From Moniliella sp. 'wahieum' (lineage: Eukaryota): a stretch of 64,000 nt of DNA. Each line of letters opens with the position of its first letter. Within the stretch, counting starts at the first letter, position 1. The stretch covers positions 558,001-622,000 of the forward strand of contig RSEE01000038.1 in assembly GCA_003971905.1 (NCBI GenBank), in the 5' to 3' direction. Of the stretch, positions 12,472-25,891 are shown one piece after another. A program made the position numbers and the translations under genes. Below the pieces are notes generated by a model. The model saw only the letters and a list, made by a program, of their open reading frames with translations, was not told the DNA's origin and searched no databases.

Positions 12472-15400
12472 ATGGACCGCCAGCCTGTCCTACCTGGTGT
12501 CCCCCCGTTCTGGTCCAGCGCCGATACGTGTATGGCGCAGCCTCACTTGCCCTCACAGCCCATCACGTTATCCTCCAGCTCGACCCCGCCTCCAGCTCTG
12601 ATTCTGGCACGCCTCCCAGCGCCGACGTGACCCCTACAAAATCCCCTGCGCTTAGTGTCCCGCACACTGCCGACGAACCGCGTCAGCGTATCTTCGGCGC
12701 CCGCCCAGGCGAGACGATTCCATTTTCCGTGCACCTGATTGGCCATGTCACCCGCCTGCCCAGCGTCCCTCTCCCGCATGCCTATGCCGCCACTCTTGCT
12801 CCATCCTTCCAGTTCCGAGCATTCCCCCTCTGGATTCAACTCAAGGACTTTGAGTCGCTCACACTCTACTTTGGCAGCGACCAGGTCTGCCACGACGTGT
12901 ACCGATCCTTGCGCTCCTGCACAGTTCTCAAGCACATCGAACAACTTGCTGCTTTCCATCCGGACGTGTTTCTAACAAAGGAGAAACCGAATTTGAATTT
13001 GCTCCCGCTTTCATCACCCCCGTCTGCTGCTCCCACCGATGGTTCTGAAACCAGTCTCTCTCCACCCGGATGGCTCATCTACGATCCCAAGAGGGAATTC
13101 GAACGACAAGGTGTCTGGACCCGTACCCGTGCATGGAGGACGACGACGCTCAATGAGACCCATACTGTAAGTTTGGCTCCCAATCCGGCCGGACACGTTG
13201 TCTTCCACCTTTCTTCATGAGATCTTCTAATCCCTTGGTTCGATTCACCAGTTCTGCCCAACATACCCCTCGTTGTTGGTCGTTCCCTCAAGGATCAGCG
13301 ATACGACTCTGCAGCATGGCGCCAAGTTCCGGTCCAAGTCGCGGCTCCCTGCGCTCACCTACCTCCACTGGGCCCACTTGGCCACCATTACCCGTTCGTC
13401 CCAGCCATTGGTGGGACTGCGGTACAGTCGTAGTGTCCAGGATGAAAAGTTGGTCGATGCCATCTTTTCGTCTCATCTTTTTGCTGGGGGAACACACGTT
13501 GGTGCGCCTCCCAACGGGACAGCACCTTCTACGAGGGACGAAACACACATTACTGACTCGTCCTTGGGGGGATTTGACGCAATCGACTCGTCAGAGGCAC
13601 CTACGTCGTTAGGCACTCAGCACATTTACGGAGCCAGGACCAACAATGTGATTATCGATGCCCGGCCTACAACCAATGCCTATGCCAATCATGCAAAGGG
13701 AGCCGGGAGCGAGACGATGGACTATTACCCTGGCTGCCGCAAGGTCTTCCTTGGGATCGACAATATCCATGTCATGCGGGACTCGCTTAAGGCAATTACT
13801 GAAGCTTTGAGCGACGCTGATGTTGCTCCTGGCTTTGGTGCCGAATCTAAAAATTCCCTACCGTTCCTTGATCCAGGGCAGGTCAAGCGCTCGGGCTGGC
13901 TGAAGCACATTTCTACTCTGCTTGAAGGGGTAGGCAAGATTGTACGAACAGTGCATGTGGAATGCGCCCATGTCCTCATTCATTGCTCTGATGGATGGGA
14001 CCGCACGTCTCAGCTTTCGGCAGCAGCCCAGGTATGCTTGGACCCCTACTTTCGTACCTTCCAGGATTTGCGTTTTGATTGAGAAAGACTTTGTTGCGTT
14101 TGGCCATCGGTTTTTGGATCGGACTGGCCACTTGTCGCACACCCACTTCTTTGACGACAAGTACCAGCCCCGCCTGAGCCCGAGCCGGACTCGGACTCGC
14201 GCAATGGAGGGTTTGAGCCGGCCAATGCCGCCTCAGCGCTATGGGGATTTACCAAGTCGGTGGCAGCCAACTTACGGGGGCCCCACGACCAAGAGTCGGT
14301 CACGCACCTCAAAGAGATCTCCCCTGTCTTTCATCAGTTCCTCGATTGCATTTATCAAATTCACCGCCAATTCCCAGAACGATTTGAGTTTTCCACTGGC
14401 TGGCTCGTTGAGTTGCAACGAGCGCTTCACGAGTGCACCACAGGCACCTTCCTCTTTAACTCGGAGGCTGAGCGACTCCGCCTCCGTCACCAGTTTCCTG
14501 GGGTCAAGAGTGTGTGGGACGATCTTCTTCTCGCCCACCACCAAGGCCGTATTTGCAAATCCACAGTACGATCCCCAGTTGGATGACATTAAGCGACCCA
14601 AGACGGATATGGGCGTGGTGATGCCCGACGGCAAAGATGTACGATTTTGGCCTGCGTTGTTTCGTCGCTCAGATGAAGACCTCAATGCCTACATCGATTT
14701 GGAGCAGGCTGCTCAGGCAAGGCCGCCTCCCAGCGGGACGCTCGACGCAAGCGGCTCGAGCAAAGATGGAGGCGGCTGCGCAAAGTCAACCGGACCCAGG
14801 CTCAGGGGGTGCAGGAGCGGTCGAAGATGCCCTAACCAGAAGGACGAATACGCAGGGTTGACTTATCGTCCGTACCAAACCAAGCCCAAAAACCACAGGC
14901 TCTCACACATCTTGTCCCATTCCCATGCCAATGGGTCGTCCGACAACGGAACCCCATCCGGCCCCTTCCCACTCAGACGAGCAGGGTTGGGACCCTGCGG
15001 CGGCAGGGAAGAGGCAGGTGCGTGCCCTTTGGTCTGCCAGTAGAGGGTGGCTGTTCGGTGATCAGCCAGGCTCTGCCGAGATGGACAGTCCTTGGGATGC
15101 CCGCCCATCATCAAGCATTAAGGATGCGTCCTTGGAAGCTCCCCCGCTGGTCGCGTCAAAATCATCTCCTGGGCATGAAAGAAACGATAGCACTTCCGTG
15201 GGAGGCAACGTTTGGTCCGACCCTCTGTCTGACCCCCCGACTGACCCTCCTCACCTGACCCGCTCAGCGCCGGACTGAAAGAAATACATCTCCCCTCCTC
15301 ACCTCTCGCACCCTTCCCCTCCCCAGCATTGCATCCATCAGCCCACCACCCAGGCGACTACGCCTTCACGCCGTTCCCCTCCCCCTTCCTCTTCCCGTGC

Positions 15401-15624
15401 ACGACTTGACTCCTTCGCCAATCCCCATTGCCCTGTCAAAGCCTCCACCCGAGCCTCGCGAGGCCCTCCACTCTCTCGGAGCTTCATGGTCTTCCAGCAT
15501 CGAAGTCGAGCAGCCACTCAGCTTGATGAATGGCTCCTCGTCGGACAAACTTCTCTTCTCCACTGCACACGCGCCCCAATCCTCCCCAGCCCAGACCCAC
15601 TCTGGCCCTTTGAGCATCCTTTGA
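12472..15624 (+). CDS. YMR1: Myotubularin-family phosphoinositide 3-phosphatase; intron ~13167-13250; frameshifts; 3' end approximate
   Basis: Catalytic VLIHCSDGWDRTSQL (~13970-14015), FRSKSRLPALTY, ITRSSQPLVG, IIDARP, GIDNIHVMRDSL, SPVFHQFLDCIYQIHRQFPERFEF. Confidence 0.93.
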
Positions 15625-17268
15625 GCATCCTTCTCGAGCCAATGCAATCTCATCTTCCGCTTCCAACGGCCCTCTCAACACACACTGAAATTGGTCGCGG
15701 TGGCGGTGGGAGAACGCCCCCACGGCAGATGTTGGAACAGGTACCGCAAGCAAATATCGAGGTCGCGAAGTAGAGATTGTACGCCTGCAGGAGTGTGGTG
15801 GTCCGGCCAAAACGCAAATTGAGTAGAACAGATTTCATTTGTAGTCCTCGCTCCGTATGCATGTTGGTGTCTACCGTGTTTCTGACTCGTGAACGCGTGA
15901 ACTACGGCTGAGCCGCTCAGACAGCGCTCAGCGCGCTCACCCATCAATGAGGTCGATGAAGCCATTGAGACCCTGAGGCTGCGGCGTGGTTGGAGGCGGG
16001 AGGCATCTAAAATTGCCACTTTGCACATTCCGAGTCCAGACAAGACCGGCATTTCTGCAATTTACGATGGTTTTCCTTTCCAATGGAGAAGGAAGTGTTG
16101 GGGGGCTAGACGCTAGTGGGGGGAGATAGATTGATAGACATTCCTATGGCATTTAGCGGATCTGAGATCTGAGACGTCGAGTTCTGAGTGTGGCGTCCAA
16201 CCTCTATCCCCCTCTCCAATCTCGCCATGCCACATGTCGCACGCAACCAAGTCACACGGATGTCATTTTGGACGCGGGGTAGCGAATTGAATCATTAATC
16301 AACGTTCAACACGTTCAACACGTTCATCACCCATCACATGTCGCAAGTGTCCCGGCGTGGTAAATCATGCTGCTGGTGCTGGGAACAGCATTTGCCAGCG
16401 CACCGATGCGCCATGCTGATTATACTTTGCGCAGTAAGTACTAAGTAAGGCAGCAATGCGCGCTGGAGCGGCTCTTCGGGCCGGAGGCCATCCGAGAAGA
16501 AGACCAAGCCCGGTAGCCATTGAAATGTGGTGGTATTGAGACGCCTCTGCGCTAAGGCAGTGTTGACCCTGGCATCCGTGGTACTCAGCCTCAGCGTACT
16601 CAGCCTCAGCGCCTCAGCGTTAAACTGAACAGACGGCGGAAGAATTGGGATTGGACGGTTGTGCTCGCTGCCGCTCGTGGCGCTGGTTGTCGTCGACCGT
16701 TGGCTTCAACCGCAGTGACGCGGTGACGGAGCCGCCGGGGGGTGGGAACTGAGGCTGACGCGCTGGCGCGCTGGCGCTTAGCCATGGAACGACGCGCGAG
16801 GCGTAGACAACCGGGTACTTTTTAAACTGGCCCCGTGCCATTCGAATGTCTGCCTAGGTCGCTCGCACAGTGGGGTCACTGGTCATGCATCATGCATCAG
16901 GCCTCAGGTGGCACCGCCCTTGTGGCAATCCCGAACTGAAACATCCCACTGTTTCTCGCTCCCACGCCCGGACACTGCCCTTCTGCTTCTTCTTCCCCAT
17001 GCTCGCGCGTGCGATCGATGATCGATGATGGACGATCGCCCCGGGGCGTGGTGCCCTCCGCAATGGCGGTTCAAGCTTCAAGCTTCAGGTTGAACATGTT
17101 GATCTTCTCGCTCAGCAACACCTTGTCACCCCCAACATCCACCCACAGTACACCACCATCACCATCCTCTTCTCCCTCCATTCCACTTCCACTACCCCGT
17201 CCACTCCTCCCTCCCACCCTCACTAGTCGTCCCTCCCGCCCCAATCCTGCCCGTCCCATCTCGTTACC

Positions 17269-17930
17269 ATGAAGTTTGTCGCTATTTGCTCCCTCGCCGT
17301 TGCCTCGATGGCCGCTGCATCCTCTCTCATGGCCCCTGGGGAAGCCCGAGCGGCTCACAAGGCTCGCCACTCCGACCTCTCTCTCGAGAAGCGCTACCGT
17401 GTCTACTCGGGCGGCCAGGGCACATACTACGATGGAAGCAAATTGGTACGTCTCACTCGCCGTATGACGGATCTGTCGGCCTTCCCCCGTTCACGATGGT
17501 TCCCCATACCATCAATAGTGAAGCTAGTGACTAGTGACATGCGACAGGCCAAATGTTCTTTGCTTGCTGACACAATTTTGGCTTCTGACTTAGGGTGACC
17601 CCGCTTGTGGTGGCAGTGCCCCTTCCGACAGCAGTATGTCTGTCGCCGTTCCTGCCGGCTCTCCTGCCCGCTGTGGACAATGGGTGCATCTCCAGTTAGT
17701 ATTACTTTCCTTGTTCTCTTTGTTTTTCTTGCCGGTGGGGTCTGCTGACTGCTTTTGTTCCACGTAGTTACAATGGCAAATCCGTCGCAGCTAAGGTGGT
17801 GGATGAATGTGGAAGCTCGTGCAAGTCTCAGTATGACGTTGACATGACCAAGGCCGTCTTCCAGGAGCTGGCTGACTTGTCTGTCGGTGTGCTCAAGCCC
17901 CTCAAGTTCCGAGTCCTGGACGACAACTAA
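17269..17930 (+). CDS. Small secreted RlpA-like double-psi beta-barrel (expansin/loosenin-like) protein; introns 17446-17593 and 17695-17767
   Basis: Signal peptide MKFVAICSLAVASMAAA, Kex2-like EKR. Spliced product reads GQGTYYDGSKLGDPACG...VAV...CGQWVHLHYNGKSVAAKVVDECGSSC...DVDMTKAVFQELADLSVGVL. Confidence 0.85.
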
Positions 17931-19355
17931 GGCGGCCGGCCACTCGCATCTCTTTTCCCACTCATTGGCGCATCGCTAGCTGTCTTCGTTGATCTCCACA
18001 TCCTGCATGCAACGGCTTCGGTATTGCCGTATTGCTACTCGTGCATCTTACAAACCTTCACACCTCCCTCTCTGTCGCTCCTTACACGGCGCTCTTTTGC
18101 ACCCCTCCCCTTTGGTCTTTCCTTCTCCCGGCGAGTAGGGCTAATATGGCCAGCTCACCCGTTCTGACCACACCACATTCCCTCCCCAGTGTCATTACCT
18201 GTCCCCTCTCAACCTCTCCGGCACCGGCGGCCACTTTGTGGGGACCTCCGCATCTCGTTCCTTTTCTACGTTTCTGCACAGTGCCTGCCATCATTCCAGT
18301 TGGTACTCTTTCCTCCTGCTTATGGTAGACATCGGCCACGTGTGGAATTTTTGCTCTTCGCTCCCTTCACATCCCTGCAACCCGGCGTTGCTGGTTATGA
18401 CTGTTGCTTTAAGTGCAATGCACTGCCATGCTTCACCCGTTGTGCAAACCTCTGTTATTGGGTAACCTTTCGACGGATGTCCATAGTGGCTGTACCCTGC
18501 TTCCCCGTGCGACTCGATATATAAATGCAAAACGTCATCAGCGACATGATGTGTGGCGCTTCGTCCACCACAGGCTCGCTCATCCGAGCTTTGTCAAATC
18601 CCTCCCCCCCCCCTCCCCCCCCATCGGGAGCCCAATGGCGTCACTGGTACCCAGGTCTGGACCCCCTGCCACCCGTTATTCATTTCCAAACGACATGTGG
18701 CTGAAGCGAATACGAATGAGCATGGATTTTTGGTGGACATGTGAGCGATGACCTTAATGACCCTTCTCCAATGAGGCTCTCTATCACTTTACCCGTCTAC
18801 AACACACTCCTATAGCCTACGTATCGTCAGGACGAATGGATAGCCGCCCTGCCTCTCCCCCTCCAGAGAAACAGTTAGTGGTTATTACGCTAAACCAGAG
18901 CGAGAAGACTAGACACAGCTTCGCCGAAACAGCATTGTATTTTTGCTGTGAGAAGGGCAAAGGGGAGGGATCGAATGGCGGCACCAAGAATGTGTTCAAG
19001 TGTGTGTATATTTGGGTACCAATGAGTGCGCAAGAAAGATGATGGCCCAAGTAGGAGACGAGGATTCAAAAAGGAACAGTAATGTAGTCATGGGTACGGA
19101 GGGGGTAAAAGTGCGGAGAGAGAAAAAGTGAGGTGGGGCATCATGCACCGTAAAAAGCCATAAGGTCCCAATGGGAACGCAATTATCGTAGAATAGTAGT
19201 TGTTGTGAGAGATGGGGGTTGTGGATCGAACGAGAGGGAGGTATCATGGGATGGACGGTCACCGGTCAACGGGCAACGTTCACATCCCCATGTAAAGCGC
19301 AAAAAGTTGGGGATTAGACGGGACAAACACAAGCGTGGGTGTGTCAGGGTCAGGC

Positions 19356-20918
19356 TCAAAAAGGAGAGAAGGGTGGGGGCATTCTAAAGGATGGCGTTGG
19401 AGCATTTGTAAAAGTGGGGTGAAAATTGTGGCAAGCCCAGTCACGAGCAAATGGAGCGGCCCCAAGGAAAACACGGCGACTGTACTTGTGATACACGTGC
19501 AGGTTGCACATTTCGGGCTGGACAAGCCGTTCAAGAATCAAATTGCAGCAGGGACCAATTGTTCTTGAACATGACCAGAATAGTAGATGAACGCATTGTC
19601 CCAAACCTCGCCCACTCAACCAGAATTCGGCGCGCTAGGAACATAGACATGGCCGCGATGGTTCGTGGGCGGACCCGAAGGAAGCGCTCATCCACCAAGG
19701 CAAGCTCAGAAAAAAACTTGGCCAAGGTTCGGGTATGGGCATCATACTCATCTGCCTTGCTGATGCGGCGAAGGAAGGGGTAGGGTGTAGTGTATCTCGA
19801 AACGTCAAAGTTCAAAGCCTCGAGGATGAGCTTCACCCTTGATAACCTCCTCCCGGTTGCACGCCCCGCTACACACGTACACCAGATCGTCCAGAGGTGG
19901 AGGCAGCACCTCTTCAAATTTGGACGCGATCATGAGGGAGGTTATTGCAAGCAACTGAAGCTTAGCCAGTGCCACAACCCGCAGAGAAAGGAAGCGGTCC
20001 AAAATATTGGTCGCATTGAACAACGTTTCGGGACAGAGGCGAAAGCGATCATGAACCAAGACAAGCCAGTCTATTACTTTGCTCCGTGCCGCCGCATCCA
20101 CCTCACATTGCTGCTTAAGGTAGTTGCATTGGGCATCGTCCGCTTCTCGCATTCTCCCAGGTACTGCAGGATTTCATCCGCATATTCAGCCATCATGGTA
20201 ACGTCGCGTGCCTCCACCACATCGACCCCTGCCTGTGCCAGCGCCTCTCTTCAGCCGCTACACGGGGAGAGAGGCATCCTTCGGCCACGAGCGCGGCGCG
20301 GGCATCAGATTGGGCTTGAATCCGAGGGCGGAGCTCATACCAATCGTAATGCATCTGCACACGCAGCACCTTGTTCATCGCGGCCAGCTCAAGCTCGTGG
20401 GCAGGCACAATACATGATCTGGGTCGGTCATTCGGAGAAACTCTAAATCGTCCGTGGCACCGTCAACATCCTCCTCTTCCGTCCCGTCGCTCTCCTCGGC
20501 GCGAGATAGATCAGCGAGGGGTATGCCTTGCTCAGAGAGTGCATCCGGGCGGGGCAGTGTCTCGTTCCAGGCTGGTGCGCCGATTGAAATAATGGGCTCC
20601 GACGTGCACTTGCTTTCATATCCCGTCGGTGGTATGGAAGCCCCTTTAAGCATGTCTGAAGAGACATACCAGTTCTCGTCCGCTTCCTGCCTGTCCGCCC
20701 ACTCGTTCGTCTTGGGCTTGAGGATTGAGTGGACACGTACCGCCGCGTCAGACAGTATCGCCCGCCTGCTTGGGAAGGATCTGCTTCGCTGCCCTGCTCG
20801 CCCGTGGAATAATGGCAGATGTGCGGGCCCAAGACGCAGCCGGGGCAAGCTTGGTACGCTCGGGGGGTAAGAAGGCAGCGGCGGAGGGGCACGTTTCAGG
20901 CAGTGCGGCGGCGGACAT
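19356..20918 (-). CDS. B-type (G2/M) cyclin, frameshifted
   Basis: MMAEYADEILQYL, cyclin box RSKVIDWLVLVHDRFRLCPETLF...LDRFLS...KLQLLAITSLMIASKFEE, TPYPFLRRISKADEYD, C-terminal VYHKYS...FARDWA. Start approximate. Confidence 0.92.
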
Positions 20919-22961
20919 GGTGGAGGAGGACACCGGTCTGTGCAAGACACTAGGATTCGGTCATTAACGTGTTTCAGCTCCTGGTGTTGGAGGGGGGGAT
21001 CGAACATACCACTGACGAGGGCGTGCGGAATGAGACGCGTGGTGCGTAGACAAGGAGCGAGGTGCGAGGTGCGAAACGGCAGGGATGGTGGGTCCTGTCG
21101 GGCAGGGTGCCTCCACACTGGGTGAGTTGGGCCGCAGCGGTCCAGACTTCGGGTCGCGTCCAGGCTCAGGTATCAGTGGGGGAGGTGAAGAAAAAACAGA
21201 AAGGGGGCGCAGGCGGGGCGCAGGAGGGTTGGCTGAGCTCAGCAACGGAAGGCGTGGCCGCCGTGCTCGGGAGCGGATGGGAGAGGTGGGGGAGAAGGGG
21301 ACGGGGAAGGGGGCGGGGAAGGGACGGAGGAGGAAGCAAAGGAAGGTCGGGAGCAGCGCGGCTCCCACGTCGCCGTGGGAGGATGGTGGGGTGGTGGAGG
21401 ACCCTCGCGCAGGTCGGCTAGTACGCTCAGTCGGACTGATGGCTTGGCAATGCGTTTGTCTGCGCAAGCAAGCCGGTGCAATTTCAACCCGCTGTACATA
21501 TATAGGGGGCCGCATTCTGGGCCCATTGCGGCAGGCGGTGCTGGTGGGTGGCTGAAGCGAATAAGCTCCCGCTCTTCGGGCCCCACCCAGCACCCCCTTT
21601 CTCCCTCTCTCAAGCGGCAACGCACGCCAGCTAACGAACGTGAAGCTTCTGCACGCCTGGAGCGTTAGACGCTCAGTCATAGTCCGCGCCTTGTTGCCCA
21701 GAGTGCTTTGCAAAACTGAGTACTGAAGCTTCAAGCTTCAAGCTTCAACCGAAGCAAGTGCACACAGGACAGGGTCTCTGTACACTACGGAAGCATCAGT
21801 GCGATCAGTGGTGGGCGGTTCGTTCAGTACCAGTACGAGGACCAGTGGAGATATGTGATTAAGGATCCAGATTCAAGCTTCAAGCTTAGAGTGTGGCAAC
21901 ATGCCGTCTCATCACCGCATTTTGCGTCGCGACGACCTTGTTCTATCGGCAGAGGGCAAAAGGGTACAGTGTGTCAGCTATATATAACCTTCGCCGCCCT
22001 TCTCCGCCCAAAAAGCTCATTGTATAAACAGAGGCTATATGCCATGGTTCTTCTCTCTCGTTTCTAACGCGGCAATACTGTATTTGCCTCTCCGTCCTAG
22101 CCATGTCCACACTATCATAACGGAGTTGCGTAGGACTTCCTCACAATCCCCCCGCCACGATCATCGTTCATGTGAACGATTGCGCCCCGCTCTGATCATC
22201 TTAACATGCTTCCCACATCCCACGTATATGTATACATTCATTGTCTCGTCAGTCCATCAGAAGGCCTCTCAGCATCAGGCCGGCCACGACAAAATTCAGC
22301 TCGAAGGAACTTATCTCAAATCACGTTGTTAGAGACAGGGATAACTTTGTAGGTGTGGTTGTCCTACCATCGAGGTTCCATCAGGCCTCAGGAGAGACCA
22401 GGGTCTCAAGATCTCTCTATGGTGTGTACAGTTTCTCAGGATACTCTAGGGGTTATTGTCATATAGTTGGACTGAGATCTCGCTCCCATTTCCAATTTCT
22501 TCTTCGTCCTGAAGACGCCGCCCTTTCCCTGTTTCTTCCACTTCGCACCATGTCCTCTGCTCTTGCTTCTTCCCCCACGAACTATATTGCTACATAGTCC
22601 CTTGACCTAGTCTCGGCTCTGGTCTCCCCTCGCCAGACTTTTTGACAAGAATTTCCGAGTAGTCATCACAACCAATAAGAGCTCTAGTAGTATGTACTAG
22701 TGATGAGTGTATATAGAGAGACATAGAGGCAAGGCGGTATAGCTTAAAAGCCAGCTATAGGGTACGCAGGGAGTATACAATAACCCCAACTCCTATATAT
22801 AGTAAGTACTTCTTCTGTAACACACAATGTTGGGCATATGGATTACGGTTTGAAAGAAAGGCCACATGGTGAGTCCCAAGCAGAAGAGGTGAAGGGGTCA
22901 CGGGGTGACTCAAAGATTAGGACATTTCCATCACATGTCCGGGAATGGAAGAGTGTACATT

Positions 22962-24307
22962 TCACCAAAAAGGAAACCAGTGAATGTTGTAGTCTAACAA
23001 TCCCGGATGCACATTCCACTTGTCGAAAAAGGTGGTGGTCATGTTAGGTTTGCCAAACAGCACTTTGACGCCAGCGAGGACCGAGTTGCTGTACTCCGCT
23101 GACCGATCATCGCCATTTTGCTTGTAAGCCCCAGGACCATCGGTGGCTGGCCCAGCTGCCCAGGAGCCAAGAGCGGTCTGGAAGGTGTAGGGCAGCTGAG
23201 TAGCCTGTAAGTACTTGTTCAGCTTCGCCTGGCCTCCGTCCCTGGGGAACGGAAACCAGGCATGGATCCAGGTGTGGGAGGCGCGAGCGATCGCTTGCCA
23301 ATTGCTCGGGTCATTGCTTCCTGAGCGGGCAAGATTGGACTGTATCCAGCAAGCAACGTGCACATTGATCCACGGACGGAACAGGTCGTTGTTGCTCAAC
23401 TTGCCCAGGTTCAACGGCTGCGATGACTGGTAGTCCGTCAAGGCGCCCGAACCCTCTCCCTCGTTGACGTTCGCCACTTGCCAAGAGAGCGTATGCTGCT
23501 GGACATTCGCATAATTCTTGAACAAAGTTAGCCCGCGGGTGTCGTTCCCGGGTGTGACCTGGAGAAGGCCCAACGCAGGGCCATCCGCCTTCTTGCTGTT
23601 AAAATCAGACTCGACCTGAATCTCAGCGAGGATAAAACGAGCGGCCGCACGCGCCGGGATTTCGTTCCAGTACCGTGCCGCTGCACTCCAGACAGCATCA
23701 ACAGTCTCATTGAATAAGCTGTCCTGGAGCTGTTCCTTGGCGTTTGCCCAACTCATGATATTGCTCAGATCAGTCCGCAACTCCCCTTTGCTGTACCCAT
23801 CGTGGGGCCAGGCAGTGCCTGTTGAGGAAGGAGAAGGCGAGGCACTACTCGAGGACGCAGTGCTACTGGAAGAGCTCCATGATTGGGCAGGTGTGGTGGA
23901 GGTAGGCGTGGATGTTATCACCATGGTAGACGTGGTGGGTGGGGGTTGCATGCATGTGGTGGCAATTTCCATGGTTTTGACCTTAGGTCCACTGTACCCA
24001 CCTGTAGCCCCACAGGGCATTTGATGCTGGCACCACTGAACTCTTCCGGACCGTTGATATCTTCCCATCCGTCCTGGGGAAGGGGCTTGGAAACAGCTTG
24101 AGATTGAGCAAAGACACGGGGGTAGAGTTGGGCAGAGGCGGCAGTCGTACTGGCTGGTGGGTTCACGTTTGCTTGTGCGGGAATGTTGGTGGCAGTAGGG
24201 GCCTGGATGGGCAGTGCGCCGACATTTCCGCACAGATGGGCGAGGAGGCAGACAAGGAGGAGACCAACCAGGGGACGAGGGTGCATGACGACAAATACGA
24301 CCGGCAT
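22962..24307 (-). CDS. Secreted protein with Ser/Thr linker and lysozyme-like (GH23/SLT lytic transglycosylase) domain; one frameshift near 24020
   Basis: Hydrophobic signal (LVGLLLVCLLAHLCGNVGA), S/T-rich linker, ILAEIQVESDFN (catalytic ES motif), ALGLLQV (GLMQ-like motif), LFRPWINVHVA. Confidence 0.7.
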
Positions 24308-25380
24308 ATAGGCTTCAGGCAAGATGGAGGGTGTGATGGGGCGATGTGCACGCAGGGGGAAAAGTTCCAGACCGGCTGGATGTTGATGGGGGTAAGTAGG
24401 GGATGAGGAAAAAGGAAGGAGAGCCTGCTCTCGAGCACCAACCGGTGGTGTAGAGGTAGAAGGACGGGAGGGGAGGGTGGTTGAAGCGATGGAGGGGGCG
24501 CCAAACAGAGGGCAAGGAGACGCAGATCAGCTTATAAGAAAGGGACGGCGTAGCAATAGTTCTAAAGGGTTTTGGGGGCAGCAGTCACTAGTCACACGTC
24601 ATGCGCCTACATCACCGGTGACTAATTTAACTTAGGCTCTTATAGAGCTGGTGTGTCTGATAAGCAGCCCGAACTAGGCCACTTGCCGCATCATACATGC
24701 ATCATGCATCATGGTGCATCACAAGCACCACGGGACTCTGTCAAGAATTGGTCATGTCATTAAAGTCATTAAATTGCTTGGGACGGGTATAATTCGTAGA
24801 TGGGGTCTCAACTTGTCACATACATATGCTCTGATGCACTCGAGGCAGCCCCAACTACATCCGGCTATAGACCCATCCTCCACCCTTGCCTGTCAGAGCA
24901 AGGGTGATGGCCACGAGACCCACGTTTTGCCTGCTGGCGCTCTGAAGTGATTGAGTGATCGGGGGGATGCATGATGGAACGTGTGGTGTGGTACTAAAAC
25001 CGGGCATGTATACATCGGACAAAAGGTGTTGCACCCGTGGTGGTGTTTTATACTTGGACGGTAGCTCTTGCTCAAACGTATACCAGACGGTCCCAGTAGT
25101 ACTAATAGTACTCGACGAGTACTCAGGTACTCAGACCTAATACGCTCAAACTAGTACTAGCGTACTACTCAGAACTCCTCAGCACCCACAACGTTTTCAT
25201 GCAATGAAACACCCATCACCTCTGGACAGATTGTTGCGCTCCTCTATCAGATTTCAGAATCACTTTTCTCCTCTCCTAGCCTTCTTTCACGCCGGTAACC
25301 ACCCTCTCTCCTCTTTCCTTGCCTTGTGTCCTCAGTAATCATTATTGTTTTCTCACCTCCTATTAACGAAAGCGCAAATA

Positions 25381-25648
25381 TCTCCCTTTCTATATTTTTG
25401 CGGCAGTCGTTTTTCCCCGTTACGTAAATTCTAGGGTCAGCATGCCACCCGGCACGTTCCAGCCGCAGCCAGGCGGATGCACATGGGTGATAAAAATCCT
25501 CCAGCGTGGAACGTGGCTACGGTGGCGAAGGTGGACCGGTGGCTAAGGTGGCGACGGGGAACGGTGGCTACGGTGGGCGAGCAAGCACCAAGCACCAAGC
25601 TGGGGCGAAGCCCCAGCTGACCGGGCCGTAGGCCCGGTGGTCTCCTAG
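25381..25648 (+). mobile_element. Non-autonomous Helitron, copy 2 (268 bp)
   Basis: A|TCTCCC...CTAG|T. Hairpins AGCTGGGGC-GAA-GCCCCAGCT (25598-25618) and ACCGGGCC-GTA-GGCCCGGT (25620-25638) lie just before the CTAG. Confidence 0.88.
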
Positions 25649-25891
25649 TGCATCCAATATGCCAGCCAGACGCCCGCGTGCCTACATAATGCAGGACGGG
25701 CAATCAATGATCACCGATCATATGCATTACGTAGTCTTGGCGCTCAGCCGGGGTGTGCCAACCCTAGTAAATTGGGATTTATTGCGGGTGCCGCAGCACG
25801 GTGCGCTTGGGAATGCAGAAGCCAAAACGGGCGAGGGAGGGCAAGCTGCTTGTTACCTCACCGCCATCTTGCCAAGCGTGCGACTGCCAAG

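Noticed and set aside
11592..13220. 542-aa ORF as a single protein
   Set aside because: It runs through promoter-type TCA arrays (12245-12301); only the part after ~12500 is the myotubularin N-terminus.
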